NCBI GenBank assembly: GCA_017463105.1
Contig: JAFTPU010000013.1
Location: 25,769 to 89,768, forward strand
Origin: Clostridia bacterium
GTDB taxonomy: Bacteria > Bacillota > Clostridia > Christensenellales > Borkfalkiaceae
Reading direction: 5' to 3'
DNA length: 64,000 bases
The position numbers were made by a program, and so were the translations under genes. Below the pieces are notes generated by a model that was not told the origin of the DNA, did not search any database, and saw only the letters and a list, made by a program, of their open reading frames with translations. Positions within the stretch are counted from its first letter, which is position 1; each line of letters opens with the position of its first letter. Shown here in pieces: positions 18,599 through 27,017 of the stretch.

Positions 18599-19816
18599 AT
18601 GTTGAAACAAATTCAGGGCGGCGTGTGCGCCGCGAAAGGTTTTAAAGCAAGCGGCGTGCATTGCGGTATCCGCAAAAACAAGACCAAACGCGATCTTGCG
18701 CTCATTTACAGCGAAAAGAAAGCGACGGCAGCCGCCGCATATACGCAAAATCTCGTGAAAGGCGCGCCCTTGACCGTGACGAAAAACAATATTTCGGACG
18801 GGTACGCGCATGCGGTGATCTGCAACAGCGGCAACGCAAACACCTGTAACGCGAACGGTATCGAGATCGCGGAGCAGACCTGTAAGCTCGTCGCCGACGC
18901 GCTGGGCATTTCCGCGAAGGACGTCGTCGTGGCTTCGACGGGCGTTATCGGTCAGCCCCTCGACGTCACGCCGATCGCAAACGGTATTCCCGCGCTTGTG
19001 GCGGGCTTGAGCGACGAAAACAGTACGCTTGCTTGCGAAGGGATCATGACGACGGACACGAAGCTCAAGGAGATCGCGTTCGAGTTTACGGCGGGCGGTA
19101 AGACCTGCCGTATCGGCGGTATCGCCAAGGGCAGCGGTATGATCCATCCCAATATGGCGACGATGCTCGTATTCGTGACGACCGATTGTAAAATTTCCGC
19201 GGCAATGCTGCAAAAGGCGCTTTCGGCGGATATTTTGGATTCGTTCAATATGATCAGTATCGACGGCGATACCTCGACGAACGACATGGTTTCCGTGCTG
19301 GCAAACGGTACGGCGGATAATGAGGAGATCGTTTCGGAAGGCGCGGATTACGACGCGTTTTGCGAGGCGCTCGCGGCGGTAACGAAATATCTTTGCCGCA
19401 TGATCGCGAGCGACGGCGAGGGCGCGACGAAGCTCCTCGAATGTAAAGTGGACGGCGGCAAGGACGAAAAAACGGCGAAAACGGTCGCGAAATCGGTGAT
19501 CTGCTCGTCGCTTTTGAAAGCCGCGATGTTCGGCGCGGACGCCAATTGGGGGCGCGTGCTTTGCGCGATCGGTTATTCGGGTGCGGACGTGGACGTAAAC
19601 AAGGTAGACGTTTCTTTCCGTTCGGCAAAGGGCGAGATCCTTGTTTGCAAGGACGGCGCGGGCGTGGCGTTTTCCGAGGAAAAGGCGAAGGAGATCTTGC
19701 TTGAGAGCGAGATCGAGATCTTGATTTCCTTGCACGACGGCGCGGCTGTCGCTACTGCGTGGGGGTGCGATCTGACGTACGATTACGTGAAGATCAACGG
19801 CGATTACAGAACCTAA
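18599..19816 (+). CDS. argJ: bifunctional glutamate N-acetyltransferase / amino-acid acetyltransferase
   Basis: 405 aa with the autoprocessing site region HPNMATMLVFVTTD. Confidence 0.95.
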   Translation: MLKQIQGGVCAAKGFKASGVHCGIRKNKTKRDLALIYSEKKATAAAAYTQNLVKGAPLTVTKNNISDGYAHAVICNSGNANTCNANGIEIAEQTCKLVADALGISAKDVVVASTGVIGQPLDVTPIANGIPALVAGLSDENSTLACEGIMTTDTKLKEIAFEFTAGGKTCRIGGIAKGSGMIHPNMATMLVFVTTDCKISAAMLQKALSADILDSFNMISIDGDTSTNDMVSVLANGTADNEEIVSEGADYDAFCEALAAVTKYLCRMIASDGEGATKLLECKVDGGKDEKTAKTVAKSVICSSLLKAAMFGADANWGRVLCAIGYSGADVDVNKVDVSFRSAKGEILVCKDGAGVAFSEEKAKEILLESEIEILISLHDGAAVATAWGCDLTYDYVKINGDYRT

Positions 19817-19823
19817 TATAAGA

Positions 19824-19945
19824 AGTCAAGAAACTTAGTTTCTTGTCAGGGGTGCGGGGGCGGAAGCCCCTGCGAAAACAGCCCAAGATAAGCAACCGTA
19901 GGTTGCGCCTATACCGCCATAGGCGGTTAGTGCAACGCAGTTGCA
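19824..19945 (+). repeat. multi-hairpin intergenic element E3 (most diverged copy)
   Basis: It contains five hairpins: 19827-19845, 19857-19870, 19892-19906, 19913-19927 and 19931-19945. Their order and the linker CAGCCCAAGATAAGCAA match E2. Confidence 0.8.
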
Positions 19946-19969
19946 TATTATAAAAAGAGGTGGAATATA

Positions 19970-20830
19970 ATGGAACTTACCAAAGCGCAGAAGGCGGAAA
20001 TTTTAAACCAAGCCCTGCCGTATATCAAAAAATACAGAGATAAGATACTCGTCGTAAAATACGGCGGTAACGCCATGATCAACGAGGAGCTCAAAGAAGC
20101 GGTGATGGGGGACATCGTCCTGTTGTCGCTGATCGGTATCAAGGTCGTGCTCGTGCACGGCGGCGGTCCCGAGATCACCGAAATGCTCGGCAAAGTCGGC
20201 AAGAAATCGGAATTTGTCGACGGACTTCGCGTAACGGATAAGGAAAGCGTCGAGATCGTGCAGATGGTGCTGGCGGGCAAGGTGAATAAAAATCTCGTCA
20301 ATCTTTTGCAGAACAAAGGCGGCAAGGCGATCGGGCTGTGCGGTATCGACGGGCATATGATCAAAGCGAAAAAGGCGGACGAAAGATTGGGCTTTGTCGG
20401 CGAGATCACCGAGGTGAACGCTTCGCCCATTCTCGACGTTTTGGAAAAGGGATATATCCCCGTGGTTTCGACGATCGGCTACGACACGGACGGCAACGTT
20501 TACAACATCAACGCGGACACGGTGGCGGCGCGCCTTGCGGGCGAGCTCAAAGCGGAGGGCTTGATCTCCATGACGGATATCGTGGGTCTGCTCCGCGATA
20601 AGGACGATCCGTCGACTCTGATCCCCAAGGTATACGTTTCCGACGCGCCCCAGCTCATTCGCGACGGCATTATCAGCGGTGGCATGATCCCCAAAGTCAA
20701 TTGCTGTATCGAAGCGATCCGCCGCGGCGTTAAAAAAGTGTTCATCATCGACGGCAGAATTCCCCATTCGATCTTGATCGAAACGCTTACCGACGAGGGT
20801 ATCGGCACGATGTTCGTTTCCGGGAATTAA
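19970..20830 (+). CDS. argB: acetylglutamate kinase
   Basis: 286 aa with the amino-acid kinase pattern VVKYGGNAM and VLVHGGGP. Confidence 0.95.
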   Translation: MELTKAQKAEILNQALPYIKKYRDKILVVKYGGNAMINEELKEAVMGDIVLLSLIGIKVVLVHGGGPEITEMLGKVGKKSEFVDGLRVTDKESVEIVQMVLAGKVNKNLVNLLQNKGGKAIGLCGIDGHMIKAKKADERLGFVGEITEVNASPILDVLEKGYIPVVSTIGYDTDGNVYNINADTVAARLAGELKAEGLISMTDIVGLLRDKDDPSTLIPKVYVSDAPQLIRDGIISGGMIPKVNCCIEAIRRGVKKVFIIDGRIPHSILIETLTDEGIGTMFVSGN

Positions 20831-20843
20831 GGAAAACCCGACG

Positions 20844-20868
20844 AAACGCGTATAAGGGCGCGTTTTTT
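20844..20868 (+). terminator. hairpin plus T-run between argB and argD (internal terminator or attenuator)
   Basis: AAACGCG-TATAAGGG-CGCGTTT followed by TTT. Confidence 0.5.
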
Positions 20869-20985
20869 ACTTCAACGGCATTCACCTTGCTCGTTTACAG
20901 ACGTAAAGTCGCGGCGGTGAAACTTCCGCCTTCAGTACAAATCGGCAACCCTTCTCCGCGTTTGAGGTAAAACGGAATAAAAATC

Positions 20986-22149
20986 ATGAATATAAAAGAA
21001 ATAGACAAACAATATATTGCGAATACTTACGCGCGGTTCGATTTGCAGTTGACCGAGGGCAAGGGCTCGATCGTCAAGGACGAAACGGGCAAGGAATATA
21101 TCGACCTCGGCACGGGTATCGCCGTCAATTCCTTCGGCATAGGCGACGCCGATTGGAAAAACGCCGTCGTCGCGCAGTTGGATAAAATACAGCATACGTC
21201 CAATCTCTATTACAGCGGTCCCTGCGCCGAGCTTGCCAAAGCGCTTTGCGAGCGTACGGGTTTGAAAAAGGTATTCTTCTCCAACTCGGGCGCGGAAGCC
21301 AACGAAACGGCGATCAAAGCCGCAAGAAAATACGGCGAGCTGAAAAAGGGCAAGGAATATTATACGATCGTCACCTTAAAAAACAGCTTCCACGGCAGAA
21401 CGATCACCACCCTTTCCGCAACGGGGCAGGACGTGTTCCACGCCCATTTCACCCCCATGACGGAAGGGTTCGTGCACGCGACGGCGAACGATATTTCCGA
21501 ACTGGAAGCACTCGTGAAAGCCTATAAATGTTGCGGCGTTATGCTCGAGCTCGTACAGGGCGAGGGCGGCGTTATGCCGCTCGATAAGGAGTACGTGAAA
21601 CAGGTCGCGGCGCTTGCCGAAAAGGAAGATCTGCTTCTCGTGGTCGACGAAGTGCAGACGGGCAACGGGCGAACGGGTACGCTGTACGCGTTTGAACAGT
21701 ACGGTATTGAGCCCGACGTCGTAACGACGGCAAAAGGCTTGGGCGGCGGTTTGCCCATCGGCGCGACCATGCTCGGCGAAAAGGTCGAAAATTTGTTCAC
21801 GCCGGGACTGAACGGCTCGACGTTCGGGGGCAATCCCGTTTGTGCGGCGGGCGCGCTCAGCGTTTTGAACCGTATCGACGATAAGCTGCTTGATGAAGTC
21901 AAGCAAAAGAGCGAATATATTTTCACGCAGTTGCAGGGCGCAGAGGGCGTGAAGAGCGTGACGGGGCTCGGGCTTATGATCGGTATCGAATGTGAAAAGG
22001 ATGCGGGCGAGGTGATCGCGGCTTGTATGAAGCGCGGCGTGCTCGTTATCAAGGCAAAGAATAAGCTTCGGTTGTTGCCCGCGCTCAATATCCCGTTCGG
22101 GCAATTAGAGACAGCGATAAATATTGTAAAGGAAGAATTACGGAAATGA
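20986..22149 (+). CDS. argD: acetylornithine aminotransferase
   Basis: Class-III aminotransferase with DEVQTGNGRTG and a PLP-lysine region TTAKGLGGG. Confidence 0.9.
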   Translation: MNIKEIDKQYIANTYARFDLQLTEGKGSIVKDETGKEYIDLGTGIAVNSFGIGDADWKNAVVAQLDKIQHTSNLYYSGPCAELAKALCERTGLKKVFFSNSGAEANETAIKAARKYGELKKGKEYYTIVTLKNSFHGRTITTLSATGQDVFHAHFTPMTEGFVHATANDISELEALVKAYKCCGVMLELVQGEGGVMPLDKEYVKQVAALAEKEDLLLVVDEVQTGNGRTGTLYAFEQYGIEPDVVTTAKGLGGGLPIGATMLGEKVENLFTPGLNGSTFGGNPVCAAGALSVLNRIDDKLLDEVKQKSEYIFTQLQGAEGVKSVTGLGLMIGIECEKDAGEVIAACMKRGVLVIKAKNKLRLLPALNIPFGQLETAINIVKEELRK

Positions 22150-23048
22150 AACATTTATTAAAACTTATGGACTTGTCGGCGAAAGAGATTACGGAGATAC
22201 TGAACCTTGCCGACCAGCTTAAATTCGAAAAGAAGAACGGTATCGAGCATCACCTGTTAAAGGGCAAAACGCTCGGTATGATCTTCGAGAAATCCTCCAC
22301 GCGTACCCGCGTTTCGTTTGAGGTGGGTATGTACGATTTGGGCGGTTCGGCACTGTTTTTGAGCTCGCGCGATCTGCAGATCGGACGCGGCGAGCCCGTA
22401 CAGGATACGGCGCGCGTGCTTTCGCGCTATCTCGACGGTATCATGATCCGTACTTTCGCGCAAAAGGAAGTAGAGGACTTGGCGAAATACGGCTCCATTC
22501 CCATTGTCAACGGTCTGACAGATTATTGTCACCCCTGCCAAGTGCTTGCCGATCTTATGACGATCCGCGAGCATAAGGGCGGACTTGCGGGCAATAAGCT
22601 TTGCTATATCGGGGACGGCAACAATATGACGAATTCGCTCATCGTCGGCGGTATCAAGACGGGTATGGAGGTCGCGGTCGCTTGTCCCGAGGGCTACCGT
22701 CCCGATATCGAGCTGATGAAGTGGGCGGAAAAGAACGGCAAGTTCACGGTGACGGATAACGTACTCGAGGCGGCGAAAGGCGCGGACGTACTGTACACCG
22801 ACGTATGGGCGTCGATGGGACAGGAAGCGGAAGCGGAAGCAAGAAAGAAGATCTTCAAAAATTATCAGATCAACGCGGAAGTGATGAAAGTCGCAAACGA
22901 CAAGGCGATGGTCTTGCACTGTCTGCCCGCACACCGCGAAGAGGAGATCACCGCGGAGGTATTCGAAGCGCACGCAAACGAGATATTCGACGAAGCGGAG
23001 AACAGATTGCACGCACAGAAAGCCGTATTGGTGAAATGCTTGGGGTAA
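22146..23048 (+). CDS. argF: ornithine carbamoyltransferase
   Basis: It has SSTRTRVSFE (carbamoyl-phosphate site) and HCLPAHR motifs. It overlaps the argD stop by 4 nt. Confidence 0.93.
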   Translation: MKHLLKLMDLSAKEITEILNLADQLKFEKKNGIEHHLLKGKTLGMIFEKSSTRTRVSFEVGMYDLGGSALFLSSRDLQIGRGEPVQDTARVLSRYLDGIMIRTFAQKEVEDLAKYGSIPIVNGLTDYCHPCQVLADLMTIREHKGGLAGNKLCYIGDGNNMTNSLIVGGIKTGMEVAVACPEGYRPDIELMKWAEKNGKFTVTDNVLEAAKGADVLYTDVWASMGQEAEAEARKKIFKNYQINAEVMKVANDKAMVLHCLPAHREEEITAEVFEAHANEIFDEAENRLHAQKAVLVKCLG

Positions 23049-23052
23049 CGTT

Positions 23053-23907
23053 ATGGATTATACGATCAAAAACGGTAAATTGGCGGTTACGATAAAAAGT
23101 CTCGGCGCGGAGATCGTCAGCGTCGTAAAGGACGGTAAGGAACGGAGCTGGCAAAATCCCACGGGCGAGTGGGGCGGGCACGCTCCTTTGCTGTTCCCCG
23201 TTTGCGGCAGATGCGGCGTCACGCTCGACGGAAAACAATATCCCATCGGATTCCACGGCTTTGCAAAAAAAACGGAGTTTTCCCTCGTGAAAAAAGGGGA
23301 GGATTTTATTTCCCTTTCCATTTGCGCGACCGAAGCGACGAAAGAGGTCTATCCTTTTGATTTCGTGTTTACGATTACTTATAAATTAGAAAACGCAAAG
23401 CTCGTCGTCGAACAGACCGTGCAAAATCTTTCGACGAAAAAACCGCTGTATTTCGCAATCGGCGGGCACGATTCCTTCGCACTCGAAAACAATCTCGATC
23501 GGTATACTCTCGTTTTCGAAAAGGAAGAGACCGTCGATTCTTTGGAGTGCGGCGAGGAGGGACGCCTTTCGGGCGAGATCACGAGCTTCGGCAAGGCGCA
23601 AACGTTCGATCTGCCCCGCGACTATATGCAGGAGGGCGTAACGCTTATTTTGAAGGGCGTCAATTCCCGCAACGTCACGCTTTGCGAAAAGGGCGGCAAG
23701 CCGCTTATCAAGGTCTGCTTCGACAAAGAATTTGCAAATCTGTTGTTCTGGCGCGAGGGCGACGCGAAATATATCTGTATCGAGCCGTGGACGAATCTGC
23801 CCGATCTTATGGGCGCGCCCGATCCCGAGTTTTCCGAAAAGTACGGCGTGATCGAAGTGGAAAAGGGCGCGACGAAAAAGCTCGTCCGTTCGATCGAATA
23901 TCTGTAA
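23053..23907 (+). CDS. aldose 1-epimerase (galactose mutarotase-like) family protein
   Basis: 284 aa with a family pattern (HAPLLFPVCGR, FHGFA, EPWT). It starts 5 nt after argF. Confidence 0.7.
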   Translation: MDYTIKNGKLAVTIKSLGAEIVSVVKDGKERSWQNPTGEWGGHAPLLFPVCGRCGVTLDGKQYPIGFHGFAKKTEFSLVKKGEDFISLSICATEATKEVYPFDFVFTITYKLENAKLVVEQTVQNLSTKKPLYFAIGGHDSFALENNLDRYTLVFEKEETVDSLECGEEGRLSGEITSFGKAQTFDLPRDYMQEGVTLILKGVNSRNVTLCEKGGKPLIKVCFDKEFANLLFWREGDAKYICIEPWTNLPDLMGAPDPEFSEKYGVIEVEKGATKKLVRSIEYL

Positions 23908-23910
23908 GCT

Positions 23911-24123
23911 ATGGAGATCAAGCTCGGAAAATACCGCCATTTCAAGGGCAACGAATACGAGGTGATCGCGCTCGCGAAGCATTCGGAAACGCAGGAGGAG
24001 CTGGTCGTTTACCGTGCGTTGTACGGCGAAAGAGAGGTGTGGGTACGCCCTGCGGCGATGTGGAACGAAACGCTCGAGCGGGACGGAAAGACCTTTCGAC
24101 GGTTTACTTATATCGAAGAATAA
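23911..24123 (+). CDS. DUF1653 domain protein
   Basis: 70 aa: YRHFKGNEYEVIALAKHSETQEELVVYRALYG...WVRP..MW, which is characteristic of DUF1653. Confidence 0.75.
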   Translation: MEIKLGKYRHFKGNEYEVIALAKHSETQEELVVYRALYGEREVWVRPAAMWNETLERDGKTFRRFTYIEE

Positions 24124-24128
24124 AAAGA

Positions 24129-24158
24129 AAAAGCCGAAGCGAAACGCTTCGGCTTTTC
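24129..24158. terminator. bidirectional intrinsic terminator
   Basis: AAAGCCGAAGCG-AAA-CGCTTCGGCTTT forms a 12-bp stem between convergent genes. Confidence 0.85.
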
Positions 24159-24171
24159 ACGTGTTTCGGAT

Positions 24172-25335
24172 TTACAAAAGTATAAAGTATTCGGCTACGG
24201 TGAGGATACCCAAAAACGCGAAATTGAACGCGGAGAAAACGAGGATATATTTTCCCGCCTTGCCGGGGTTGTGCTTGGTGTATTCGCGGAAGGTGATAAG
24301 GCTGGCGAGCGACGAGATGAGCGTGCCCACGCCCCCGATATTCACGCCCACCAGCAAAGCGCGCCAATCGGCGGGGAATTGCGAAAGCAGTATCGCGGAC
24401 GGCACGTTGCTGATCACCTGACAGGACAACGCGGAAACGAGCAGAGTGTTTTTCGCAAGCAACGCTTCGAATAGGGTCCGTACGGCGGGGATCCGCGCCA
24501 TATTTCCCGCAAAGATAAAGAACATCACGAAGGTGAGAAGCAGACCGTAATCGACCTTTTTCAGCGCGTCCCTATCGAGGAACAACAGCGCGAGCGGAAT
24601 GACGATCAAGCCAAGCTGATAGGGGATAAAGTGGAACACGATCACGATAGAAAGCAAAAACAGTGCTAAATAAATCGCCGTGCGGAGCTTCGGAAGCTTG
24701 ATCTCCTCGCCCGTAATCTCGAGAGGTTCTTTCTTGACGAAGAGCAGGCAGCACACCGTGATCAACGCGACGGAAATGCAAAACGGGGGGAGCATGGTCG
24801 CGACGAACTCGCCCGTGGGGATAGTCAATTTCGTATACAGATACAAATTCTGCGGGTTGCCGAAGGGGGTGAGCATACCGCCGAGGTTGGCGGCGATATT
24901 CTGCATGATAAAGGTAAACGACATATACTTTTGCTTGCCTGTGGAGGAAAGCACGAAGTAGCCGAGGGGCAGGAAGGTGAGAAGCGCCATGTCGTTGGCG
25001 ATCAGCATCGAGCCCAAAAAGGTTATGTATACGAGGGCAAGTACGCTTGCGCGGGTATTTTTGAACAGCTTGACGATCTTTTTCGCAAGCACCGTGAAAA
25101 AGGAAATATTTCTTAGCGCGCACACTACCGCTAGCACGCAGAAAAGGCAGGTGAGCGTTTTGAAATCGAAATATCCGAGATACTCCTTATCCGGCGGGAC
25201 GATACACGCCGTGATAAACGCCGCGAGCGTGGCGATACAAAGCACCGCGTTTTTCTTCAAAAACGCAAGTAGTTTTTCCGCAATTTCATGCCCGTGGTGA
25301 TGCTGATGAACGTGCCGTTTGACTGCCGTACTCAT
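24172..25335 (-). CDS. ArsB/NhaD-superfamily anion permease (citrate-transporter-like)
   Basis: 387 aa and polytopic, with family-like repeats. It has a His-rich N-terminus (HVHQHHHGHE). Confidence 0.65.
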   Translation of the reverse strand: MSTAVKRHVHQHHHGHEIAEKLLAFLKKNAVLCIATLAAFITACIVPPDKEYLGYFDFKTLTCLFCVLAVVCALRNISFFTVLAKKIVKLFKNTRASVLALVYITFLGSMLIANDMALLTFLPLGYFVLSSTGKQKYMSFTFIMQNIAANLGGMLTPFGNPQNLYLYTKLTIPTGEFVATMLPPFCISVALITVCCLLFVKKEPLEITGEEIKLPKLRTAIYLALFLLSIVIVFHFIPYQLGLIVIPLALLFLDRDALKKVDYGLLLTFVMFFIFAGNMARIPAVRTLFEALLAKNTLLVSALSCQVISNVPSAILLSQFPADWRALLVGVNIGGVGTLISSLASLITFREYTKHNPGKAGKYILVFSAFNFAFLGILTVAEYFILL

Positions 25336-25486
25336 TTTGCTTGCCTCCGTTCTTTTTTCCGAAAGCTATTATACCACCGCGCGTGAAAAAAAGCTATTTA
25401 TTTCATACGGATTTTCATAAAAATTTTTACGGCTTTTTGATAAAAGTTGAGAATTTCCAATAAAATTAAACTTATGTTGAGAACGT

Positions 25487-25514
25487 TTGACAAATTTTCC
25501 TTGCGTATTATAAT
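25487..25514 (+). promoter_or_regulatory. sigma-70-type promoter of the MFS transporter gene
   Basis: TTGACA (25487-25492), a 16-nt spacer, then TATAAT (25509-25514). Confidence 0.6.
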
Positions 25515-25549
25515 AATAAATGCATAAAGTGAAAAAGGAAGGGTGTCGG

Positions 25550-26836
25550 ATGAAAAAGGAAAAGAGGGAAAAGCGGTCCTTTACGGCGTGCGGATGGTTG
25601 CTTGCGCTTTGCTGGCTGATCTATACCTGTTCGTTGATCGGGAAGGTAAACTACGCGGCGAACATCACGCAGGTAGAGTCGTTTTACGGCGTATCGCACG
25701 CGGACGCGGGCATGGTGAGCACGTTCTATTTCTTCGCGTACGGCGCGGGGCAGATCTTCAACGGCGTGTTCTGTAAAAAATACAATTTGAAATACACGAT
25801 CTTCGGAAGCATGCTCGTCTCGGGCGAGATAAATCTCGCGATCGCGCTGTTGCCGAGCGGATATTTTTCGCTCATCAAATGGCTGTGGTTGGTAAACGGG
25901 GTCGCGTTGTCCGTGTTGTGGCCCTCGCTCATCAGATTTTTAAGCGAATCGTTGCCCCGTTCGAAAATGTCGCGCGCAAGCGTGGTGATGGGGACGACGA
26001 CGGCGACGGGTACTTTCCTGATTTACGGCTTGAGTTCGGTCTACGCGCTATTCGATCTTTTCAAGCTCGCGTTTTATACGGCGGCGGTGGCGATGCCCGC
26101 GGCGGGAATACTGTGGCTGTGCGTGTATACGCCTTTGCAAAAAAAGGCGCTTGAGGAAACCGCGAAGGAAGAGGCGCTCGAACAGGCAAACGCGCCCGTC
26201 GCGCCCGCAAAAACGCCGCAAAAAGGCGAAAAAATACCGCGCGAATTGTTGCTCACGATCGTACTTTTGGGACTGTTTGCCGTGGCGACGAATTTCATTA
26301 AGGACGGTCTGACGACGTGGGTGCCCTCGATCCTCAAATCGAGCTTCGGTTTTTCCGATTCCCTGTCGATCATGCTCACGCTGTTCCTGCCCATCGTTTC
26401 CATTTTCGGTAATATCTTTGCGGTCACGCTCTATCGTCGTCTCGGAAATTTCGTGCTCCTCTGCGGCGTGCTGTTCCTTGCCGCGGGCGCGCTGATCGGC
26501 GGCGTAATCGGATTTCTGAGCGTGGGGTTGGCGGTGTTCACGCTGATCGCGTTCGCGCTGACCTCGTTTTGCGCTTCCTCCTCGAATAGCACGATCACGA
26601 GTATCTTTCCGCTGTATATGAAAGGCAAGGTCAATTCGGGATTGCTGGCGGGCGTACTGAACGGCTGTTGCTACGTGGGCAGTACGATCAGCTCGTACGG
26701 GCTGGGTCTGGTCGCCGACAATTGGGGCTGGACGACGGTGTTCCGTTTGCTCTTCGCCGTGTGCGTTGCGGTGGTCGTTACCGCGCTTGTTTACGGTGTT
26801 TGTAAAGGAACGATCAAAAAGAAAAAAACGGAATAA
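25550..26836 (+). CDS. MFS transporter
   Basis: About 12 predicted TM segments. I preferred the start at ATG 25550, which has GGAAGGG 8 nt upstream, over the listed 25520, which lies directly after the -10 box. Confidence 0.8.
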   Translation: MKKEKREKRSFTACGWLLALCWLIYTCSLIGKVNYAANITQVESFYGVSHADAGMVSTFYFFAYGAGQIFNGVFCKKYNLKYTIFGSMLVSGEINLAIALLPSGYFSLIKWLWLVNGVALSVLWPSLIRFLSESLPRSKMSRASVVMGTTTATGTFLIYGLSSVYALFDLFKLAFYTAAVAMPAAGILWLCVYTPLQKKALEETAKEEALEQANAPVAPAKTPQKGEKIPRELLLTIVLLGLFAVATNFIKDGLTTWVPSILKSSFGFSDSLSIMLTLFLPIVSIFGNIFAVTLYRRLGNFVLLCGVLFLAAGALIGGVIGFLSVGLAVFTLIAFALTSFCASSSNSTITSIFPLYMKGKVNSGLLAGVLNGCCYVGSTISSYGLGLVADNWGWTTVFRLLFAVCVAVVVTALVYGVCKGTIKKKKTE

Positions 26837-26845
26837 AGAAAGACG

Positions 26846-26877
26846 ATCCACTCCGTAGCGACGGGGTGGATTTTTTT
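26846..26877 (+). terminator. intrinsic terminator after the MFS gene
   Basis: ATCCACTCCGT-AGCG-ACGGGGTGGAT followed by TTTTTT. Confidence 0.8.
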
Positions 26878-26913
26878 CACGAAAAAAAGTTGAAAAAATT
26901 TTCTTTCAAAACG

Positions 26914-26942
26914 TTGACAACGCAGAATGAATATGCTATAAT
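26914..26942 (+). promoter_or_regulatory. sigma-70-type promoter of the ABC exporter gene
   Basis: TTGACA (26914-26919), a 17-nt spacer, then TATAAT (26937-26942). Confidence 0.65.
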
Positions 26943-27017
26943 GTCACAAACTCGAAAGAGGTCGGGTTTAAAACGACAAATGAATAGAAGCCGTATCGCG
27001 CGGAGCGCGGAGGAGGA

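Noticed and set aside
11956-19945. A CRISPR array or integron attC sites as the explanation for the hairpin clusters.
   Set aside because: There is no constant repeat alternating with unique spacers of fixed length. Every hairpin differs in sequence and they abut each other. No GTTRRRY/RYYYAAC attC core sites and no cas or intI genes are present.
23547-24185. The 212-aa ORF overlapping the aldose-epimerase and DUF1653 genes in another frame, and similar Arg-rich alternative-frame ORFs such as 2755-3258, 5184-5693 and 10379-10966.
   Set aside because: They are Arg/Gly-rich off-frame translations of GC-rich coding sequence, and each overlaps a gene with clear homology.
25446-25486. The direct repeat GTTGAGAA...GTTGAGAA upstream of the MFS promoter as an operator.
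   Set aside because: There are only two 8-mers in AT-rich DNA. That is too short to distinguish from chance without comparative data.
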